Origin: an uncultured Nitrospirales bacterium
Lineage (GTDB): Bacteria; Hydrogenedentota; Hydrogenedentia; Hydrogenedentales; GCA-2746185
Assembly (NCBI GenBank): GCA_964620045.1
Contig: CAZUJL010000015.1
Coordinates: 15,203 to 79,202 of the forward strand
Length of the DNA stretch: 64,000 bases
Direction: 5' to 3'
Positions 56,469 through 64,000 of this stretch are shown piece by piece. The notes beneath the pieces were generated by a model. It worked only from the letters and a program-made list of their open reading frames with translations. It was not told the origin of the DNA and made no database searches. Each line of letters starts with the position of its first letter. Position 1 is the stretch's first letter. The position numbers and the translations under genes were made by a program.

Positions 56469-59168
56469 TTAGCGCACGAGCGACACGTAGCGATCCAACA
56501 CCACCGAGCGCTCGTACATGGCCTTGCTTTCATCGATCAGCGGCTGCCCTTCGTCCGCACGCCCCGAGCGCACCAGCTCCTCGCCCAGTCGTTGCAGCGC
56601 ATTCCCCAACTGAAACGCCAGGGACGGCCCCGTCGGATACAGCGCCGCCGCCTTGCGGTAGTACTGCAGGCCCGTGCGGTAGAAATCGATTCCGGGTTCG
56701 CCCGGCTCCAGGCTGCCGCGCATCCACAGGGACTTCGCGTAGAAGGACCACCAGATGAAGCTCTCCGGGCTGCGTTCCGTCGCCGTCCGCGACCAGCGCT
56801 CCGCCTCGGCGGCGTAACGCTTCTTCTCCTGAACGTTGTCCGTGATGCTAAACAGCAAGTCGTACCACGAGAAAATATGCGCAGCCATCTCGGCGTCGTG
56901 CGGATAAGACTTGTCCCATTCGTGCAGCACTTCGATCCGGCGCTCGGCCGCCTTGCGCAACGCCGCGCGCGCCGCAGGCAGGGCCTGCAAATCGAAGAAT
57001 ACGTAGCCATTCATCGGCACAGCCTGGCCCGGCTTCAGGCGCTGAAACATCCGGGGGTTTTCCGGCAGCGGCACGCGGATCGTGCCAAGCGTCTGCAGTT
57101 CCGCCAGATCCGGAATCGCGCGCAGCGCGCCGAGCACCTGCACAATCGGAGGATTCCCCGCGCTCATATCCAGTTTGGTCAGTTCTTGCTTCACGACCTG
57201 GGCCGCCTCGAGTTTGGCCTCCATCGGCTTGCGATCGCCAATCACATAAAGCCGGCCCAGGCCTCCGCTTTCGGTCGTTCCCAAATCGTAAAAGTAGATG
57301 CGCGTCACCGCGGCCGTGGTGTAGAGCGTCAGGACTGAAAGCGCACCCGCCGCCACATATTTCCACACGGGATTCGAAGCCGATGCCTCGGTCGATGCAG
57401 CAGCAGGATTCAGACCCGCGATCGCGAAGAAAAGTCCCGCCATCGCGTACACCAGCAGCGCCAGGCACGGGTTCTGCAAATCGAAATCGAGGATGCAATG
57501 CAGCGCGAACGCACCAGTTGCGCAATAGGTCGCGGCCAACCAGCGCCGCGTTTCCGGGTCCTGCTCGAACAACAGGCGGCGGCCACCCCAGACCGCGAAA
57601 TACACCCAGAACGCCAGAAATGCGATGCCCCCGAAGATGCCCGTCTCGCAGAAAGCCTGCAGGTAGTCGTTGTGCGCGGTTTCCGCCGAACCCGCCCCGA
57701 GGTACTGGTACTTCGGATAACCCGTGCGGAAGTTGCCGATGCCGACACCCTTCCAGAAGTTGTCGTAGAACATCCGCAGGCCTACGCGCCAGTAGGTCGT
57801 GCGCAGGCGCAGCGAATTCGGATCAGCGAGGCTGTCGAGCCGGCGATCCATGCCCTCGATGTTCAGCGTCTGCATCTCCTGGGCTACTTCGAGATGCTTG
57901 CGCTGCAGATACTCCATCGAACTCGGCTGCGGTTCGGCGATGCGATAGCCATCCACATCGTCCGCGTGCGATCCGGTGATCGACCACAGTGTCGCGCCCA
58001 GCAACACCAGCGCCGCCGCGGCACGCGTATACCGCGCGGCCCAGGGCAGTTTGGACGCATTCAGCAGCAGCAGGGTCGCCGCGCTCGCCAGCACCAAGCC
58101 CAGCATCGCGCCGCGGGAGTACGAGAGCCACAGCGACACAAGACACGCCACCAGCGCGACCGGCACCGCCATGCCCATGAAGCCGTAGCCCAAGGCCCGG
58201 GCGCCTTTGCGCGCCGTGATCCACCCCGCCGCGGCGCCGAACACGCCCGCCACCGGAATGAAAAACAGATATGGCCGATAGGCACCCTCGATCAGGGCCT
58301 TTTGCTTCGGCAGGGACAACCCAATCAACTCGTTCGCGAACGACAGCATCACTAGCACCACGACGCCGACCAGCAGCGTGATCCCCATCACGACCCAGCG
58401 GCCCTGATCGGTTTGCTTCGGGCGCGCGCTGTTTCGCGCGAGGGCCAATGCGCGCCGCGCCGACGGCAAGGCCGCCGCGAGCACGGGTATCCCCAGAATC
58501 ACATAGGCGCCGAGCGCGTTCGGAAACAGAAAGGTGCCGAAGGCGCGGTTGGACTCAATGCGGTGCTTCAGTTCCGGCGTGGGCACGCGCACGCCGAAGT
58601 ACATTTCCAGCACGCTCGGGTTTTCCTGAAGCACGCGCCGCATGCCGCGCAGCATCACGTTGTAATGGAAAATGGTCCACAGGGAATTCAGGAACAGCCC
58701 AATAACAGTCGCGCCCAGCACAATTGCGATCGCGCGACGCGTGCGCAGGGCATTCGACGCCATCGCAAACACGAGCAGACACGCCGACAGATTCTGGAAG
58801 CCGCGATCGGCCATCTCGTAGGTGTACGCGGAATAGCTCGTCAGCCACGCGATGCCCACGTACACGCCGAATATCGCCAGCGGCACCGGCGCGCGCAGCG
58901 GCTGCGGCCGTAGCAGACTCCGGGCGCACCAGAACGCGGCGAGCACCAACACGAGCGCGTAAAAGTAGGCGTTGAACGCAACGAACGTAAGCCCGTCGCG
59001 CCAGGGGCGGAAAATGATCAGCAGGCCCAGCCCAAGCGCTATTGGCTCCGACCAGAACCCGCTGCCGCTCGACGCCTCGGAAAGAGAAACGTCCTTAGCG
59101 GGCGGATCGCTCGGAGATTTCTGCGCGGACGCCGACGCCGGATGCTTCTTCAGTTTTTTTTTGCTCAC
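56469..59168 (-). CDS. O-antigen ligase/O-oligosaccharyltransferase-like membrane protein with large C-terminal helical domain
   Basis: RAFGTFLFPN, SYSRGA, R..YW...LRMF...GVGIGNF and AHNDYLQ...ETGIFG (Wzy_C) motifs; many TM helices. Confidence 0.85.
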   Translation of the reverse strand: MSKKKLKKHPASASAQKSPSDPPAKDVSLSEASSGSGFWSEPIALGLGLLIIFRPWRDGLTFVAFNAYFYALVLVLAAFWCARSLLRPQPLRAPVPLAIFGVYVGIAWLTSYSAYTYEMADRGFQNLSACLLVFAMASNALRTRRAIAIVLGATVIGLFLNSLWTIFHYNVMLRGMRRVLQENPSVLEMYFGVRVPTPELKHRIESNRAFGTFLFPNALGAYVILGIPVLAAALPSARRALALARNSARPKQTDQGRWVVMGITLLVGVVVLVMLSFANELIGLSLPKQKALIEGAYRPYLFFIPVAGVFGAAAGWITARKGARALGYGFMGMAVPVALVACLVSLWLSYSRGAMLGLVLASAATLLLLNASKLPWAARYTRAAAALVLLGATLWSITGSHADDVDGYRIAEPQPSSMEYLQRKHLEVAQEMQTLNIEGMDRRLDSLADPNSLRLRTTYWRVGLRMFYDNFWKGVGIGNFRTGYPKYQYLGAGSAETAHNDYLQAFCETGIFGGIAFLAFWVYFAVWGGRRLLFEQDPETRRWLAATYCATGAFALHCILDFDLQNPCLALLVYAMAGLFFAIAGLNPAAASTEASASNPVWKYVAAGALSVLTLYTTAAVTRIYFYDLGTTESGGLGRLYVIGDRKPMEAKLEAAQVVKQELTKLDMSAGNPPIVQVLGALRAIPDLAELQTLGTIRVPLPENPRMFQRLKPGQAVPMNGYVFFDLQALPAARAALRKAAERRIEVLHEWDKSYPHDAEMAAHIFSWYDLLFSITDNVQEKKRYAAEAERWSRTATERSPESFIWWSFYAKSLWMRGSLEPGEPGIDFYRTGLQYYRKAAALYPTGPSLAFQLGNALQRLGEELVRSGRADEGQPLIDESKAMYERSVVLDRYVSLVR

Positions 59169-60324
59169 TACGCCGTCGCTCCGACGATTTCCCTGCCCGC
59201 ATGAGCAGAATGATCAGAAAAAATACACCCGCGGTCTGCGCGAGAATCACGAGCGTGCCCATGACGTCGACCTGCCCGATCAGCGCGCCGCTCAGCCCCG
59301 TCACACCGGCCACCAGGAAGATGAACTCCACCGCCTGCCGCGGCGTCATCCCCAATTCCACCAGCCGGTGCGAGAAGTGTCGCTTGTCCCCCTTCATAAT
59401 CGACTCGCCGCGCCGCCAGCGGATGTAAATCACGCTGGCCGTGTCGAATAGCGGCACACACAGTGCCAGCACCGGCGCCGCCACCGCAATGCGCGTCGGC
59501 GCGGACTCGGTGTAGTACGTACCCAACATCGCCACCGTCGCCAGCATGTAGCCGCAGAACATCGCGCCGGCGTCGCCCATAAAGATTCGCGCGGGATTCA
59601 GATTGTGATAGAGGAAGCCGGCCACGGACCCCACGAACACCATCATCAACACGCACACAAAATATTCTTCCTGGGGCAGCACACACAGGAAGAACGACAG
59701 CCCCGCGATACCGGACACGCCGCCGCACAGGCCGTCCATGTTGTCGAGCAGGTTCATCGCGTTGGTCATCAACACGACCCAGAAAATTGACACGCCACCC
59801 GCCACCGAACCCGAAATCCAGCGCTGCGAGAAGTCCGGCAGGTTGATGAACCAGTCGAATTCCATCAGCAGGCGATCGAGGAACGAATCGACGTGTACCC
59901 CGGAAATCACGAGGATGAAACCCGCCACTACCTGCCCCGCGAGTTTCACTTCCGGGCTAAGCGCCTTGACGTCATCCACAATCCCCAGCAGGAAAATGAT
60001 CAGGCCGCCGGCGAACACGCCGATCAGCGGGCGGGTTGTATTCTCGCCCAGAAACGAGAGCACACTCTGTTCGAGCCACGAGAAGCCCAGCTGCGGCGCG
60101 CGCAGCAGGATGGCCAGATTGACGAAAATGACGAGGTTGAAGGTAAGGAAAATCGCCACGCCGCCCAGCAGCGGAATCGGGCTCGAGTGCATTTTGCGCT
60201 CGCCGGGTTTGTCCACCACGCCCAGCGTGATTGCCACGCGGCGGACCAATGCCGTCAGCACCAGCGAAATCAGGAACGATTCCACCAACACGTAGCTGAA
60301 TATGAGATACCAGTTGTTCAGCAT
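59095..60324 (-). CDS. WecA/TagO-type polyprenyl-phosphate sugar-1-phosphate transferase (MraY family)
   Basis: VDKPGERKMH..P.PLLGG, GIVDD, NAMNLLDNMDGL, IFMGDAG and GDKRHFSHRL motifs. Confidence 0.93.
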   Translation of the reverse strand: MLNNWYLIFSYVLVESFLISLVLTALVRRVAITLGVVDKPGERKMHSSPIPLLGGVAIFLTFNLVIFVNLAILLRAPQLGFSWLEQSVLSFLGENTTRPLIGVFAGGLIIFLLGIVDDVKALSPEVKLAGQVVAGFILVISGVHVDSFLDRLLMEFDWFINLPDFSQRWISGSVAGGVSIFWVVLMTNAMNLLDNMDGLCGGVSGIAGLSFFLCVLPQEEYFVCVLMMVFVGSVAGFLYHNLNPARIFMGDAGAMFCGYMLATVAMLGTYYTESAPTRIAVAAPVLALCVPLFDTASVIYIRWRRGESIMKGDKRHFSHRLVELGMTPRQAVEFIFLVAGVTGLSGALIGQVDVMGTLVILAQTAGVFFLIILLMRAGKSSERRRSEQKKTEEASGVGVRAEISERSAR

Positions 60325-61427
60325 CCCGCCGCTTCCCGATACAAATCGAATTCCCGCTGCGCGATATCGCGCGCCTGAAACTCACGCCGCACCCGTGCCT
60401 GCGCCTGTGCGCCCAGGCGCGCCCACAGCACAGAGTCGTCCAACAGGCGATTGATCGCATCTGCCAGCGCCGACGCATCGCGCGGCGGCACGTTCAAACC
60501 CGTCTCTCCGTCCAGATTCGCATACGCCACGCCAGTATTCAGCCGCGTCGCCACGACCGGTTTCCCGCACGCCTGCGCTTCCAAAATCGAAATCCCGAAG
60601 GCCTCGCTGCGTTCGATGGATGGAAACGCGAACACATCGCACGCGTGCAAATGCGCGACCAAGTCCGCATCGCTCAACTCGCCGGGAAAATGAATTTTCG
60701 CTTTCATCTCCGCTGCGCGCGCCATCAAACGCGAACGCTCCGGACCATCTCCAGCGATCACAACCGGGGCATGGATCTGCGCGGCGGCATCCACGAGATA
60801 GTCGAGTCCCTTGTAGTATCGGTGCCGCCCCGAGAACAGCACGAATCGCCCGCCATAGCGCGCACGGAGCGCATCCAGCGCCGCGGCCGGTGGCGACGCG
60901 AAGTCTTCCGCCACAATGCCCAGCGGCACCACGCGGCAACGGTCGCGCACCTTGCCCAGCACCGGAGAAGACGCTAAATACGCCTCCGAAGTGGGCAAAA
61001 TCATAGCAGCTTGCCGCAGGAATTGCATTTGAATTGGGCCGTATACACGCATCGCGGCGGCTTGGCGCACGACGTCACTGTGATAACGCACCACGAGTTT
61101 CGCGCGCGGCCGCACGCCCAGCCAGCCGACCTCGGCCGTAGGATTCGGCACGTGCACCACGACCACGTCCGCCTTCGCGGCTTCCTGCCGCAGGCGCCAC
61201 GGGTAGGCCGGCGACACCGGTGCGCTTTGGAAACGCCCCCACTCGCCCACTTCCAGCACGCGCGTGCCGTCGCGCTCGGTCCACGCCGTTTTCGGCGATC
61301 GGCTGCAGGTCAGCGCCCACACCTCGCCCAGTTCGCGCTGGTATCGGCACATCAGCGCAATGTGCCGCTCGATGCCGCCGCGCACGGGTGGATCGAAATC
61401 CTTATAGGCGTGCAGCACGCGCATCAT
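60318..61427 (-). CDS. Glycosyltransferase family 4
   Basis: GGIERH, GRH..YKGL, FPS..RSEAFGISILEAQACGKPVV motifs. Confidence 0.92.
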   Translation of the reverse strand: MMRVLHAYKDFDPPVRGGIERHIALMCRYQRELGEVWALTCSRSPKTAWTERDGTRVLEVGEWGRFQSAPVSPAYPWRLRQEAAKADVVVVHVPNPTAEVGWLGVRPRAKLVVRYHSDVVRQAAAMRVYGPIQMQFLRQAAMILPTSEAYLASSPVLGKVRDRCRVVPLGIVAEDFASPPAAALDALRARYGGRFVLFSGRHRYYKGLDYLVDAAAQIHAPVVIAGDGPERSRLMARAAEMKAKIHFPGELSDADLVAHLHACDVFAFPSIERSEAFGISILEAQACGKPVVATRLNTGVAYANLDGETGLNVPPRDASALADAINRLLDDSVLWARLGAQAQARVRREFQARDIAQREFDLYREAAGC

Positions 61428-62548
61428 GCACCCGCCACCCGGCGATAGACCGCCGCCGTCTGCTCGGCCATGCGCCGCCACGTCAGCAGCTTTGCGCGCG
61501 CGAAGCCACCTTCGCGCAGCCGCGCGCGCAGGACGTCGTCCGTCACCACGCGCAGCATCCCGGCCGCGATCTCGTCCACGCGCTCGGGATCGACCAACAC
61601 AGCCGCATCGCCGACGACTTCGGGCAGGCTAGAGGTTTTCGAAGTCACTACTGGCGTGCCACACGCCATCGCGTCCAGCGGGGGCAATCCAAAGCCTTCC
61701 CACAGGCTCGGCCATACAAACGCCGTGGCCGCCGACAGCACCGCCGCCATGTCTTCCGCCGCAATAAAGCCCGGAAACTTGATGCGGTCCCGGTGCGCCG
61801 ATTCCGTATAGGCTCGCCGAGTGGCTTCGGCCTTCCAGCCTTCGCGCCCCGCGATCACGAGGCCTGCGTTGGTCTTGGTCGCGATGGCGTCAAACGCCTC
61901 AATCACGCGCGGCAGGTTCTTGCGGGGTTCGATCGTGCCGAGATACAGAAAAAAACGGTCCGGCAGGCCGTACTTCACGTGCGCCTTTTTGATCGCCGTG
62001 GCGTCCGCCGGCCGCAGCTCAGAATCCACGCCAAGGTGCACGACGGCCACCCGGTCCGCGGACACCTGCATGTACTGCTGCAGATCGTCCGCCGTGGCCT
62101 GTGAATCTGCGATCACCATATCGGCCAACCGAATGCTCGGCCGGATGGCCGCGCGGTAATAGCGGGCGCGTTCCCAGCGAAACCACTCCGGCGCGCGCAT
62201 GAAGCTCAGGTCGTGCACCGTCAGCACCACCTTGGTCGACGCCACGCCGCCGCGGCCCGCCCAGCGCGCGAAGTTCGCGGGATAGTGAACTATATCTGGG
62301 CGAATCTGCTGCAGCGCCGCGCGCATCTGGGCCGTCCGCTGGAAAGTACCCACGGGGAATCGTGCGGAACTACAAGGAATCACACCCGCCAGCCCCGCGT
62401 TTCCCAACGACGCCGCCTGGGCCTCGGGACAGGCCACGCTCAGCGCTGCTTCGGGCATCGCGGCGGGTAAATGGCGCACCAAGGCGGACGCATAGGACCC
62501 CGTGCCGCTCAGGTTCGTGGATTGGAGTGCGTCCAGTAGTATTTTCAC
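61424..62548 (-). CDS. Glycosyltransferase family 4
   Basis: [38 protein letters not shown] and SSLPEV motifs. Confidence 0.92.
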   Translation of the reverse strand: MKILLDALQSTNLSGTGSYASALVRHLPAAMPEAALSVACPEAQAASLGNAGLAGVIPCSSARFPVGTFQRTAQMRAALQQIRPDIVHYPANFARWAGRGGVASTKVVLTVHDLSFMRAPEWFRWERARYYRAAIRPSIRLADMVIADSQATADDLQQYMQVSADRVAVVHLGVDSELRPADATAIKKAHVKYGLPDRFFLYLGTIEPRKNLPRVIEAFDAIATKTNAGLVIAGREGWKAEATRRAYTESAHRDRIKFPGFIAAEDMAAVLSAATAFVWPSLWEGFGLPPLDAMACGTPVVTSKTSSLPEVVGDAAVLVDPERVDEIAAGMLRVVTDDVLRARLREGGFARAKLLTWRRMAEQTAAVYRRVAGA

Positions 62549-62637
62549 AAACGAGGCGTGCCCTTGGCGGCGTAAGGCGTGATCACGCTAAGCAAAGCCA
62601 TAGTAACAACTTACGGCAATTTGAACAAGCCGCGGGA

Positions 62638-62666
62638 TTGAAACGATATACCCCATATGTTAGACT
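62638..62666 (+). promoter_or_regulatory. Sigma70 promoter of the hrcA operon
   Basis: TTGAAA (62638-62643), 17 nt, TAGACT (62661-62666). Confidence 0.65.
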
Positions 62667-62676
62667 TTTCCGGTTA

Positions 62677-62703
62677 TTAGCACTTGACCTATTCGAGTGC
62701 CAG
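62677..62703 (+). promoter_or_regulatory. CIRCE element (HrcA operator)
   Basis: TTAGCACTT-N9-GAGTGCCAG against consensus TTAGCACTC-N9-GAGTGCTAA, directly upstream of hrcA. Confidence 0.88.
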
Positions 62704-62719
62704 AGGCCGGAACTCCTGA

Positions 62720-63769
62720 ATGACTGCCCATCAACTCAATGAACGCGAGCAGCTTATCCTGCAGGCCGTCGTGCATTTGTACATCACGTCGGCCGAACCG
62801 GTGGGCTCGCGCGCCATTGTGAAGCGGCTTGGACTGGACATCAGTCCCGCCACGGTGCGCAACGTGATGGCCGATCTCGAAGAACTTGGCTACCTGCAGC
62901 AACTACACCCCAGTTCCGGCCGCGTCCCCACCGATCGCGGCTATCGGTACTACGTCGACTTCCTCATGCGGATTCAGGACGTCACCCAACTGGAACGCAC
63001 CCGCATCGAACAACAGCTTGGCGATCAGCTCACCGACGCCGACACGATCCTGCGCCAGACGAGCTATCTGCTCGGCCTGCTGTCGCACCAGACCAGCATC
63101 GTCGAAGCACCGCGCGCGAACATCGCCGAGGTGCGCCACGTCGAACTGATCACCATCGCCGATCGTCGGCTCGCGTTTTTGCTGGCCGACAACTACGGCG
63201 GGGTGCGCACGGTTGTCCTGCCAACGGAGCGCGCGCTCACAAGCGATGAAACGCAGCGCCTGAGCCGTTTCCTGAACGACCACCTACATGGCACGTCGAT
63301 TGAAACGCTCGCCGACTCGCTGCGCGAAAAGCTGCAGCGTTTCGCGGACGAACAGCGCACGCTCGCCAGCCAGGCATTGGAACTCGTCAGCCTCGTGCCC
63401 ACGCCCGAAGGCGGCAAGCTCTTCCTCGAAGGCACCACGCAGTTGTTCGAGCAGCCGGAATTCAAAAACGTCGATCGCGCGCGCGAGGTGTTTGGCCTGC
63501 TCGAAGAGCAGGATCGCGTCGTCGCCCTGCTGCGCGCGGGCATTGTGAACGCCGAACCCCACCCCTCGCGCGTCGTCATCGGCAGCGAGGCGCAACACCA
63601 AGGCTTTGAAGAACTCAGCATGGTCTCGGCGCCGTACAAGGTCGGCGAGACCACGGTCGGCATGGTGGGCGTCCTCGGCCCACGCCGCATGCCCTATTCC
63701 CGCCTTGCGGGAATTGTTGAACACACCGCCGCGCGTCTTAGCAGCCTGCTGACGCGGCTTGCCCGGTAG
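62720..63769 (+). CDS. hrcA: Heat-inducible transcription repressor
   Basis: AEPVGSR, SPATVRNVMADLE, HPSSGRVPTDRGYRYYV and GVLGPRRMPY motifs. Confidence 0.97.
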   Translation: MTAHQLNEREQLILQAVVHLYITSAEPVGSRAIVKRLGLDISPATVRNVMADLEELGYLQQLHPSSGRVPTDRGYRYYVDFLMRIQDVTQLERTRIEQQLGDQLTDADTILRQTSYLLGLLSHQTSIVEAPRANIAEVRHVELITIADRRLAFLLADNYGGVRTVVLPTERALTSDETQRLSRFLNDHLHGTSIETLADSLREKLQRFADEQRTLASQALELVSLVPTPEGGKLFLEGTTQLFEQPEFKNVDRAREVFGLLEEQDRVVALLRAGIVNAEPHPSRVVIGSEAQHQGFEELSMVSAPYKVGETTVGMVGVLGPRRMPYSRLAGIVEHTAARLSSLLTRLAR

Positions 63770-63789
63770 TACCGAAGGACATCACGTAC

Positions 63790-64000
63790 ATGTCGGATCA
63801 TCAAAACGAAACCGAATTGGAGCGGCGCCTGCGCGAGCGGGCCGCCGCCGAAGATCAGAACAACATCGGCACCGAACAGCCGCCCGTCGAAGGTGAGCCG
63901 GGCGTTGCCGATGCGCAGGCCGACGAAATCGCGGCGCTGAAGGATCAGCTCCTCCGCGCGCGCGCCGAGTTCGACAATTTCCGCAAGCGCACCGCGCGCG
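63790..64000 (+). CDS. grpE: GrpE nucleotide exchange factor, 5' part, truncated by the window edge
   Basis: Acidic N-terminus then LKDQLLRARAEFDNFRKRT; follows hrcA. Confidence 0.9.
   Translation, partial: MSDHQNETELERRLRERAAAEDQNNIGTEQPPVEGEPGVADAQADEIAALKDQLLRARAEFDNFRKRTAR

Noticed and set aside
59095-59168. 74-nt overlap of wecA with the ligase gene as a frameshift
   Set aside because: Both proteins appear complete; the overlap encodes low-complexity charged tails
62638-62658. Sigma32 promoter (TTGAAA ... CCCCAT)
   Set aside because: The spacer is only 7 nt instead of 13-14; a sigma70 reading fits with 17 nt

Overview
A GC-rich bacterial chromosomal window of mostly housekeeping and metabolic genes. 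I found no rRNA, tRNA, CRISPR array, prophage or intact transposase. In order it holds a diguanylate cyclase; a NikR-controlled ECF-type Ni/Co uptake operon with a visible operator; sixA; a B-box/DUF6982-like/TPR protein divergent from an NB-ARC-TPR protein; a serine hydrolase plus R2lox facing a DtxR/MntR regulator; CoA-transferase and acyl-CoA dehydrogenases; a DEAD-box helicase; and a GGT-family enzyme. Next come the gcvT-H-PA-PB operon plus a lipoate ligase; an amidase-GerMN-murI-deacetylase-tsaD-pilT cluster; csp; gntR; a stand-alone serine-recombinase DNA-binding domain; tatBC; IHF/HU; trpEG; hisIF; accBC-efp-pepP-aroQ; a GT-GT-WecA-ligase glycosylation cluster; and CIRCE-hrcA-grpE (partial). 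The gene mix (split GcvP, CIRCE, GerMN, YvyF-like, Planctomycete-type cytochrome) suggests a poorly studied diderm lineage such as Hydrogenedentota, but this is an unverified guess. The main signals not shown by the ORF track are: (1) a ZTP (pfl) riboswitch rather than a glycine riboswitch in front of the glycine cleavage operon, with a duplicated Shine-Dalgarno suggesting a translational switch; (2) a catalytic-domain-less recombinase gene with its own promoter, structured leader and terminator; (3) five unrelated palindromic miniature repeat families in intergenic gaps; (4) an unannotated 59-aa membrane protein; (5) several apparent pseudo-enzymes and operator-like motifs. All family assignments come from motif recognition by eye, not from database searches.
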